64,000 nucleotides of DNA from Hyphomicrobiales bacterium (lineage in GTDB: Bacteria; Pseudomonadota; Alphaproteobacteria; Rhizobiales; Aestuariivirgaceae). A program made the translations under genes and the position numbers. Positions 57,055 through 64,000 of this stretch are shown piece by piece; within the stretch, counting starts at the first letter, position 1, and the number at the start of each line of letters is the position of its first letter. The stretch is from positions 56,733-120,732 of the forward strand of contig JACPNZ010000050.1 of assembly GCA_016185245.1 (NCBI GenBank), in the 5' to 3' direction. The notes under the pieces were generated by a model. That model had not been told where the DNA came from. It searched no databases and saw only the letters and a program-made list of their open reading frames with translations.

Positions 57055-58080
57055 GTGCAGAAGTCCTTCGGCGCGGTGCGCGTACTCGAGGAGCTCAATC
57101 TCGCCGTTGATCCGGGCAAGTTTCTTGTGCTGCTCGGCGCCTCGGACTCGGGCAAGACCACGGCGTTGCGCATCCTGTCGGGGCTCGAGACGGCAACCGC
57201 CGGTCGGGTGCTGATCGGCGACCGCGACGTGACCGATATCCTGCCGAAGTACCGCGATATCTCCATGTTGTTCCAGTCCTATGCGCTTTATCCGCACAAG
57301 ACGGTGGCCGAGAACATCGGTTTTCCGCTGAAGGTGCGCAAGGTACCCAAGGTCGAACAGGTTGCGGCAATTCGCGCCGCCGCCGCCCGGGTACAGCTCG
57401 ATCAGCTGCTCGAGCGCTATCCGCGCCAGCTCTCCGGTGGCCAGCACCAGCGCGTGGCCCTGGCCCGCGCCATTATTCGGAGGCCTTCGGTCTTCCTCAT
57501 GGACGAGCCCCGTCGAACCTCGATGCCAAGCTGCGCGGCCACATGCGAGCCGAACTGAAGCACATGCAGCAGTCGCTTGGCAGCACCACCATCTATGTGG
57601 CCTATGACCAGATCGAGGCCATGACGCTCGCCCACCGAGTGGGCATCCTGGAGAAAGGCATCCTCCAGCAGTTCGATACGCCGGCCACCATTTATGACGA
57701 CCCTGCCAATCTGTTCGTCGCCCAGTTCATCGGTTCGCCGCCGATGCACATGGTGAAGGGCGCGCCGGAGGGCGGCGAGTTTCAGGCAACCGGCGCCAAG
57801 ATCAAGACACCGGTCAGCGGCCGCATCGCCGCGGCGGTGCTGCGGGTGAGACCGGAGGATTGCAGCATCGCCGAACCCGCCAAGCCCGCCTCGGCGGCGA
57901 GGCTACGCCACTGAGCCGATCGGCAATCATACCCTGGTCACCCTGAAGATCGTCGACAACTTTCTCACCGTCAAGGCGGCCAAGGATTTTACCGCCAGGC
58001 TCGGCCAGACCGTCGGTGTTGCCGTGTCGAAGGAACACCTCTATGTCTTCCATGCGGCGAGCGGATCCCGGGTGCGCTGA
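57055..58080 (+). pseudogene. CUT1-type ABC ATP-binding protein pseudogene (at least 2 frameshifts)
   Basis: NBD motifs are spread over three frames. Frame 1 ends after FLMDEP: a 1-nt loss near 57511 turns the expected LSNLDAKLRGH into RRTSMPS. Frame 2 continues SNLDAKLRGHMRAEL...IYVAYDQIEAM. Frame 3 (57913-58080) carries the MalK-type C-terminus EPIGNHTLVTLK...HLYVFH. There is no ATG ahead of VSFDKVQKSFG. Confidence 0.7.
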
Positions 58081-58181
58081 GCCCTTCGGATTCCGGCCGG
58101 AAGATCGGTTGAAACATTTCTGCGGACTTTGGTATCGATTGGTCGTAAGTCCCGACCTCAAGCGAAGAGGAATATCGCACC

Positions 58182-59225
58182 ATGACCCGCCTCGACCGCA
58201 AGCTGGCAAACATTCGCGCCGGCCGTTACTCGCGCGCCGACTTCATCATCGCCGACGCCAAGGACGGCGACATGGGCTCCGGCACGTCGGCCACCGGTTT
58301 TATCCAGGCCGGCAAGGACAAGGCGAGGCGCCCGCGCACCCGCTCGGAATTCATCGATCACATCGGTACCATCATCGAGCAGGGTGTCGTCGACATCATG
58401 CTGACCTCGGTGTCGAATCTCGAACTTCTCCACGAGCGCGGGTTTTACCGGGCGAGCGAGGTAAAACCGGCCATTCGCGCCAACGACACGACCGATTGCT
58501 GGGCCGGCGTCCGGCATGGCGACTACGCCAAGCATCCGTCGCGCCCGTTCCGCTCGGCCAACCTCGCCCGCGCCATGTTCGGGACGGCGAAGCCGTCGCC
58601 GGGCCAGCCCGTCACCGGAACCGACCTCGGCCTTTACTCCGTGACTTTCCTCAACGATGTCGAAGCCGACAGCCGGGCGCTGAACGAGTTTGCCCGCTTC
58701 CGGGAGGAGGCCGGCGCCATCGGCTTCAAGTATTTCTACGAGGTGTTCAACCCGAATGTCGCCACCGGTCTCGATCGTCGGCAGCTCGGCGAGTACATGA
58801 ACGACAGCATCCTGCGCTCGCTGGCGGGACTGACCAAGGCCGAGCGGCCGCAGTTTCTGAAGATCGTCTACAATGGGCCGAAGGCGCTGGAGGAACTGGC
58901 GAGCTTCGATCCGAGCCTTGTGGTGGGTGTCTTGGGAGGAGGGGCTGGAACGACGCGCGACACCTTCGAGCTTTTGAGCCAGGCCGAACGCCATGGCGGC
59001 CGTGTCGCCCTGTTCGGCCGCAAGATCAATCTCGCCGAAGCGCCCCTCGAACTCCTGCTCCTGATGCGGCAGGTGGCCGACGGCACCATCGCACCGGAAG
59101 AGGCGGTGCGGGCCTATCACGGACGATTGCATATACTCGGGATCGCGCCCAGCCGCAGTCTCGAGGACGACCTGGCCATCACCGAAGAGGTGCTGAAACC
59201 GGGCGCTGTCGCCAAGGCTGCCTGA
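58182..59225 (+). CDS. Hypothetical protein (347 aa), possibly a (beta/alpha)8/aldolase-like fold
   Basis: Intact ORF with an AGAGGA SD and coding-like composition. I could not assign a family with confidence. Confidence 0.65.
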   Translation: MTRLDRKLANIRAGRYSRADFIIADAKDGDMGSGTSATGFIQAGKDKARRPRTRSEFIDHIGTIIEQGVVDIMLTSVSNLELLHERGFYRASEVKPAIRANDTTDCWAGVRHGDYAKHPSRPFRSANLARAMFGTAKPSPGQPVTGTDLGLYSVTFLNDVEADSRALNEFARFREEAGAIGFKYFYEVFNPNVATGLDRRQLGEYMNDSILRSLAGLTKAERPQFLKIVYNGPKALEELASFDPSLVVGVLGGGAGTTRDTFELLSQAERHGGRVALFGRKINLAEAPLELLLLMRQVADGTIAPEEAVRAYHGRLHILGIAPSRSLEDDLAITEEVLKPGAVAKAA

Positions 59226-59666
59226 GCGCTTCGTCCGCATGCCGGGGCGCAATACGCCAAACCGGGTGCGCGCCGGCGGAACGTGTACCAAATCCCCAGC
59301 CGAACCATGACGGATGCCCCCCCAATGCCGGCAGCGAAGCAAAGGCTCTTCGCCGTCGCCTCCATGATGGGGTGAAGCAATAAATCAATAAAACAATAGG
59401 TTAGAAGTTGTTATGTGCGCTACGGGTGCAGTAAGGGGCAGCGTATTTCGTCAAGTTATGTAAAAGCCTCAACAGAAAACTAGCGAGTCCCTCGTGAACT
59501 ATTCGTACTCATTGATTGGAATTCCTGACTTCGATCTTTTCGGATTTTGGTATTGCAAGAAAGCAACGGTTTGAGAGGCTGGTTTCCTTGCGAATTGCTT
59601 TTGCGATTCACCTGCGGCTTGAAGCGAGATTCACTGCGGCTGTGGGATCGGCCGGAGGGTAACGCC

Positions 59667-60089
59667 ATGAAGCCACGGGAGCGGCGCGAGACGGGCGCGC
59701 GGAACCTCTTCCACTCGCGCCTCGACCAGATCATCAAGCTGAAGCATGAACTGGTGAGGCTGGCGAAGGTGGTCTCGTGGGCTGCCATCGAGGCGAAGTG
59801 CAGCGAGGTTTATGCCGATGGCCCCGGCATGCCGCCCTTGCCGACCTGGCTGACGCCTGCCATCGAGCGCCAGATGCGTCGCCGCGCGGCCATCGAGCCG
59901 GTCATCGGCCACATCAAGAACGAGCACCGCATGAGCCGCAACTATCTCGCCCACGAGCAGGACGATGCCAGCAACGCCGTCCTCGCCGCCGCCGGTTACA
60001 GTTTCTGCCAACTCCTCACCTGGCTGAGGCTCCTTTTGCGCCTGTGGCTGGCGATGCTGCTTGCAACAATCAGACCGCTTCCCGCATGA
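59667..60089 (+). mobile_element. Internally deleted IS5-family transposase remnant
   Basis: An N-terminal DUF772-like block (NLFHSRLDQIIKLKHELVRLAK...DGPGMPPLP) is joined directly to the extreme C-terminal block (RRRAAIEPVIGHIKNEHRMSRNYLAHEQDDASNAVLAAAGYSFCQLL). The DDE catalytic core (about 300 aa) is missing. I identified no terminal inverted repeats. Confidence 0.7.
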
Positions 60090-60348
60090 AAATCGGATTG
60101 TTCACGGGCGACTAGAAAGTACGCTGAATTTGATCAACTTCGATATCATATGCTTCGTAGCACAGGTGCGGCGCGCGATGAATTGCTGTCGGCCGGAGGG
60201 CTGCGGTTGACGGTGAAGGCCGTCGCTCCCACGCCTTGGAATAACGGGCCCTTCTTCGTGGGCATAGGGATAGCCAACTCCGAAACATATGGGCCTCCTG
60301 AAAGCGGCCAGAGCAGACATATGGCTAATGACCTGCTGCAATTTGCTC

Positions 60349-61047
60349 TCATGTTGAAAGGTCATCTATCGTTGCGGATGGATGCGCAATTCTGCGCAAG
60401 GCATCAATATCGCGGAGCTGTATCGAGGGACCAGTGACCGAGACGTCATAGGCCGCAAGTGTCGCGAAAGAACGTGACAGGACCTCCGGTGCCATCCCGA
60501 GGCGTGAAGCAAGCACTTTCTTGTCAAAGGGCAAGTCAAATCGGCCTGTCGCGCCGGTTTCCATATTTCTGATCAGCAGCCAATTGGCCAAGCGTTCGAG
60601 GCTTGACCGAAGCTTCTGGTTCTTGAGTTCCTTGACTAAACCGCGATAGGCGATCGCAAGCTCGATGGCCAGGGAGCGCGCGAAATGAACATCTTTTTCG
60701 AAGCACTGTCTTACGGCATCGGCCGGGATCAGGAGGATGCGGGAAGGCGAAAGTGCGCGTGCCGATTTGAGATAGACCCGATCAAGAAGAACTGCCGCCA
60801 CTATGAAGCTATGTCCTGGTCCAAGAATACCGACGGTTGTTTCACGTTGGCGATGACTCGAGTAGACCTCCACTTGCCCGTCAATGATCATGTGGAGGAA
60901 GTCAGCTGGCTCTCCCTCACGCACCAATTCGACATGGGCAGGAAAACGCTGAAGGAATGATACCCGCAACATGCTTTCGACGTGGCTTTCGGCCATCCCA
61001 TCGAACAGACGTAGCGCACGCATTTGCTGGAGATCATCTTGACGCAT
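60349..61047 (-). CDS. Crp/Fnr-family regulator without an Fe-S cysteine cluster (NarR/NnrR/Dnr-like)
   Basis: 232 aa from the ATG at 61047. cNMP-binding-like domain plus a C-terminal HTH with the E--SR recognition motif (PEVLSRSF). Only one Cys in the whole protein. Divergent from narK. Confidence 0.85.
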   Translation of the reverse strand: MRQDDLQQMRALRLFDGMAESHVESMLRVSFLQRFPAHVELVREGEPADFLHMIIDGQVEVYSSHRQRETTVGILGPGHSFIVAAVLLDRVYLKSARALSPSRILLIPADAVRQCFEKDVHFARSLAIELAIAYRGLVKELKNQKLRSSLERLANWLLIRNMETGATGRFDLPFDKKVLASRLGMAPEVLSRSFATLAAYDVSVTGPSIQLRDIDALRRIAHPSATIDDLST

Positions 61048-61093
61048 GACCAAAAGAACCTAGATTACTCTTGGGTGCGGCGCAATATTCTTC

Positions 61094-61107
61094 TTGACTA
61101 TTATCAA
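61094..61107. promoter_or_regulatory. FNR/FixK-type box TTGAC-N4-ATCAA
   Basis: TTGACTATTATCAA lies about 50 bp upstream of the Crp/Fnr gene start. Confidence 0.5.
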
Positions 61108-61208
61108 GCCTCGAACACGCCCAATGCGTTAAACAACGTGATGCCATCCAGAAATTAAGATGACGATTGTGGCCATTCTTCTTGAACCATCTCATTGATC
61201 GCAAACGA

Positions 61209-61222
61209 TTGATTTGCGTCAA
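61209..61222. promoter_or_regulatory. FNR/FixK-type box TTGAT-N4-GTCAA
   Basis: TTGATTTGCGTCAA is centred about 82 bp upstream of the narK ATG. Confidence 0.55.
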
Positions 61223-61297
61223 AGGAAAATCTGAATCTCTGGCTGAAAACTCATCCCAACGTCCGGCAACGGCGCTTTGATATTGGGGGATGTGGGC

Positions 61298-64000
61298 ATG
61301 TCCAAGACCGCTGTCAGTGCATCAGACCAGAGGCGCGCCCTGTGGCTATCTACAGTCGCCTTCACCGTTTGTTTCGCGGTGTGGACGATTTTTGCCATTA
61401 TCGGCATTCAGATAAAAAAGGACCTCGGTCTCACCGATACAGAGTTTGGCCTTCTGGTCGGTACGCCCATCCTCACCGGTTCGCTCATCCGCCTCATGCT
61501 CGGCATCTGGACGGACCAGTATGGCGGACGCACCATCTTCCCGCTCACCATGCTCAGCGCCGCCGTGATGACGGCGCTGCTGACCTACGCCTATGACTAT
61601 CCCACCTTCCTGCTGGCGGCACTTGGCGTTGGCATTGCCGGCGGCTCGTTCTCCGTCGGCATTGCCTATGTCGCAAAATGGTATCCCATCGAGAAGCAAG
61701 GCACCGCCCTCGGCATCTTTGGCGCCGGCAATGTTGGCGCCGCGGTCACCAAATTCACAGCTCCGGTGATCATGGTGGCCTATGGCTGGGAAACCGTTGC
61801 CCTCGTCTGGGCAGCGGTTCTGGCGGCCATGGGCATCGTCTTTTTCCTTTTTGCCAAGGACGACCCTGGTCTCGCCCGGCGCCGCGCCAGCGGAGCGAAG
61901 CCGGAATCACTTGCGTCCATGCTGGAGCCGCTGAAGAACATCCAGGTATGGCGTTTCTCGCTCTATTACTTTTTCGTATTCGGTGCTTTTGTGGCGCTGG
62001 CCCTGTGGCTGCCTCGTTACCTCATTGGCGTTTATGGACTTGATATCACCACCGCAGGCATGATCGGCGCGGCCTACTCGATTCCCGCTTCGGTTTTTCG
62101 AGCCTATGGCGGGCATCTCGCAGACAAGTTCGGCGCGCGACGCATCATGTACTGGACCTTTTCGGTGTCGGTCGTGTCCACCTTCCTGCTTTCTTACCCG
62201 CCAACCCAATATGTGATGCAGGGCATCCGGGGGCCGGTGGCCTTCAGCACGGAGATGAGCATCACCGGCTTCATTGTCGTGATCTTTGTCCTGGGTTTCT
62301 TCATGAGCCTTGGCAAGGCGGCGGTCTACAAGCACATCCCGGTCTACTATCCGAACCGTGTCGGCGCCGTCGGCGGCGTGGTTGGTCTTGTCGGCGGATT
62401 GGGTGGCTTCGTTTTGCCCATCGCCTTCGGCGCGCTCAATGACCTGACCGGCGTATGGCAGAGCTGCTTCTGGCTGCTGTTCGTTGTCGTTTCCATAGCA
62501 TTGGTATGGATGCATATCACAATCCGTCAAATGGAGCGTTCGGCCGCCGAGGCAGGAGTGCCCGCAAAGAGCCTGCCGGAATTGCCGGAGATGCAAACAA
62601 TTCATGGCGCGGCGCAAACCGGTGCATTGGCAGCAAAGGGCGCAATCGAAGACTGGCGTCCTGAGGACAAGACCTTTTGGGAGGGAGGCGGACGCGCCAT
62701 CGCGCGCCGCAACCTGTGGATATCTGTGCCTTGTCTCCTCCTTTCATTTTCGGTTTGGATGGTTTGGTCGGTTGTTGTGGCAAAGCTGCCAAGTGTTGGA
62801 TTTGCCTTCACAACAGAGCAGCTCTTCTGGCTGGCTTCGTTGCCGGGACTCTCGGGTGCCACGCTACGCATCTTTTACAGTTTCATGCCGGCCATTTTTG
62901 GCGGCCGGCTCTGGACGTCGCTGGCTACCTGGTCGCTGTTAATTCCGGCCATTGGCATGGGCTATGCCGTTCAGAGCCCGGACAGCCCATACTGGATATT
63001 TCTTGCCCTCGCGTTGCTGTGCGGGTTTGGTGGCGGCAATTTCGCTTCCTCGATGGCCAATATCTCCTTCTTTTTTCCGAAGGCGGAAAAGGGAAATGCA
63101 CTGGCCATCAATGCCGGCCTCGGCAATCTGGGCGTTAGCGTGGTGCAGTTCGTGGTGCCGATTGCCATTACCATGAGCGTTTTCGGCTGGCTTGGCGGCG
63201 ACCCGCAGACCGCAACCGTCAATGGTGTCACGACAACCCTCTGGTTGCAGAATGCCGGCTATGTTTTTGTGCCGTTCATTGTCGCATCGGCTTTTGCGGC
63301 GTGGTTCGGGATGAACGACATCGCAACGATGAAAGCCTCATTCGCCGATCAGGCGGTGATTTTCCGGCGCGCCCATAACTGGATCATGTGCTGGCTTTAC
63401 ACCGGCACGTTCGGCTCCTTCATCGGCTTCTCGGCCGCTTTCCCCCTGCTTTCGAAGATCCTGTTTCCGGACATAAACGTTCTCAAATACGCTTTTCTCG
63501 GACCGCTGGTGGGAGCCGTATCCCGCGCCCTTTCGGGCAAGGCCTGCGACCGTATCGGGGGCGGGCGGATTACCTTCTGGGTCTTCATCGCGATGAGCTT
63601 GGGGGTGATCGGCATTCTCTACGCCATTGGCATGAAGGGCAGCCCGACCGCCTTCCCGGTGTTCTTCGCCAGCTTCCTTTTCCTTTTTGCGGCAACGGGT
63701 GTTGGCAACGCCTCCACCTTCCAGATGATCCCCGCAATCATGCGTAAAGAGGTGGTCCGGCTTGAACCCGGATTGAATGCCGCTGATCGCGTCAAGCAAT
63801 CGGACAAGGAAGCCGCCGCCATCATCGGTTTTACCTCTGCCATTGCAGCCTATGGCGCCTTCTTCATTCCGAAGAGCTTTGGCACCTCGATTGCCCTGAC
63901 TGGCGGAGCAGAAACCGCGCTCTATGCCTTCCTGGCCTTTTATGTGAGCTGCATCGCGATCACCTGGTGGTTCTACACCCGGCGCGGCGGTCTGCTGTTT
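61298..64000 (+). CDS. narK: Fused NarK1-NarK2-type nitrate/nitrite transporter (two MFS modules), 3'-truncated by the window end
   Basis: My own translation from the ATG at 61298 gives 901 codons with no stop up to position 64000. Module 1 runs to about residue 411. A hydrophilic linker (MERSAAEAGVPAKSLPELPEMQ...) follows. Module 2 opens with EDWRPEDKTFWE...RRNLWISVPCLLLSF and carries GFGGGNFASSMANISFFFPK and NAGLGNLGVSVVQ, typical NarK signatures. It is absent from the ORF track because it has no stop in the window. Confidence 0.9.
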   Translation, partial: MSKTAVSASDQRRALWLSTVAFTVCFAVWTIFAIIGIQIKKDLGLTDTEFGLLVGTPILTGSLIRLMLGIWTDQYGGRTIFPLTMLSAAVMTALLTYAYDYPTFLLAALGVGIAGGSFSVGIAYVAKWYPIEKQGTALGIFGAGNVGAAVTKFTAPVIMVAYGWETVALVWAAVLAAMGIVFFLFAKDDPGLARRRASGAKPESLASMLEPLKNIQVWRFSLYYFFVFGAFVALALWLPRYLIGVYGLDITTAGMIGAAYSIPASVFRAYGGHLADKFGARRIMYWTFSVSVVSTFLLSYPPTQYVMQGIRGPVAFSTEMSITGFIVVIFVLGFFMSLGKAAVYKHIPVYYPNRVGAVGGVVGLVGGLGGFVLPIAFGALNDLTGVWQSCFWLLFVVVSIALVWMHITIRQMERSAAEAGVPAKSLPELPEMQTIHGAAQTGALAAKGAIEDWRPEDKTFWEGGGRAIARRNLWISVPCLLLSFSVWMVWSVVVAKLPSVGFAFTTEQLFWLASLPGLSGATLRIFYSFMPAIFGGRLWTSLATWSLLIPAIGMGYAVQSPDSPYWIFLALALLCGFGGGNFASSMANISFFFPKAEKGNALAINAGLGNLGVSVVQFVVPIAITMSVFGWLGGDPQTATVNGVTTTLWLQNAGYVFVPFIVASAFAAWFGMNDIATMKASFADQAVIFRRAHNWIMCWLYTGTFGSFIGFSAAFPLLSKILFPDINVLKYAFLGPLVGAVSRALSGKACDRIGGGRITFWVFIAMSLGVIGILYAIGMKGSPTAFPVFFASFLFLFAATGVGNASTFQMIPAIMRKEVVRLEPGLNAADRVKQSDKEAAAIIGFTSAIAAYGAFFIPKSFGTSIALTGGAETALYAFLAFYVSCIAITWWFYTRRGGLLF

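Noticed and set aside
58016-59383. 455-aa (+) and 394-aa (-) ORFs overlapping the 58182-59225 gene
   Set aside because: The off-frame translations are Arg/Pro/Gly-rich. The 347-aa frame has balanced composition and an SD, so I retained it as the real gene.
59480-59666. Possible left terminal inverted repeat of the IS5-family element
   Set aside because: I could not find a convincing inverted-repeat partner on the right side (60090-60150). Only a short shared TCGGATT word is present. This needs comparison with an intact copy.
60102-60365. 87-aa and 68-aa minus-strand ORFs and a 95-aa plus-strand ORF in the gap between the IS remnant and the Crp/Fnr gene
   Set aside because: No SD and no recognisable similarity. 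One of them overlaps the 3' end of the Crp/Fnr gene. They are probably noise or an unrecognisable gene relic, so I left them unannotated.

Overview
High-GC alphaproteobacterial (Rhizobiales-like; inferred from gene content only) segment. It is almost fully coding and dominated by sugar uptake and catabolism operons. All calls come from reading the ORF translations and DNA by eye; no searches were run.

Contents in order:
1. An M19-dipeptidase-like gene with a degenerate metal site, translationally coupled to two unknown genes.
2. A minus-strand operon: GntR, HpcH-type aldolase, 2-hydroxyacid dehydrogenase, CUT1 ABC importer and a 653-aa unknown.
3. A LysR regulator and a 3-hydroxyacyl-CoA-dehydrogenase-like gene, divergent from mmsA-gntK-gnd.
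4. A DeoR-controlled L-rhamnose operon (rhaTPQS-rhaD-rhaI) extended by lldD, iorAB and a fused DhaK/DhaL kinase. It has no FGGY rhamnulokinase.
5. A GntR-controlled operon with a TIM-barrel/Gfo-Idh-MocA pair, an SDR and a rhamnose mutarotase. Its CUT1 importer has two different ATPases whose degenerate motifs are complementary, plus a small 4-TM protein.
6. A LacI-xylB-xylA operon extended by TIM-barrel, Gfo and epimerase genes and by a UPF0261 + PEP-hydrolase-like + tandem-SRPBCC module of unknown function.
7. A PepSY protein plus a two-component system.
8. A decayed junction: PhyH fragment, multiply frameshifted ABC ATPase, orphan gene and internally deleted IS5-family transposase.
9. An AT-richer nitrate-respiration locus: a NarR-like Crp/Fnr regulator, two FNR-type boxes, and a fused NarK1-NarK2 transporter. 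The transporter runs off the window end and is therefore missing from the ORF track.

I saw no rRNA, tRNA, CRISPR array, prophage or recognisable defence genes. The most unusual items are the complementary degenerate ABC ATP site, the UPF0261/PEP-hydrolase-like/SRPBCC module, the ligand-depleted M19 homologue with its coupled unknowns, and the kinase-less rhamnose operon carrying a DhaK-family kinase.
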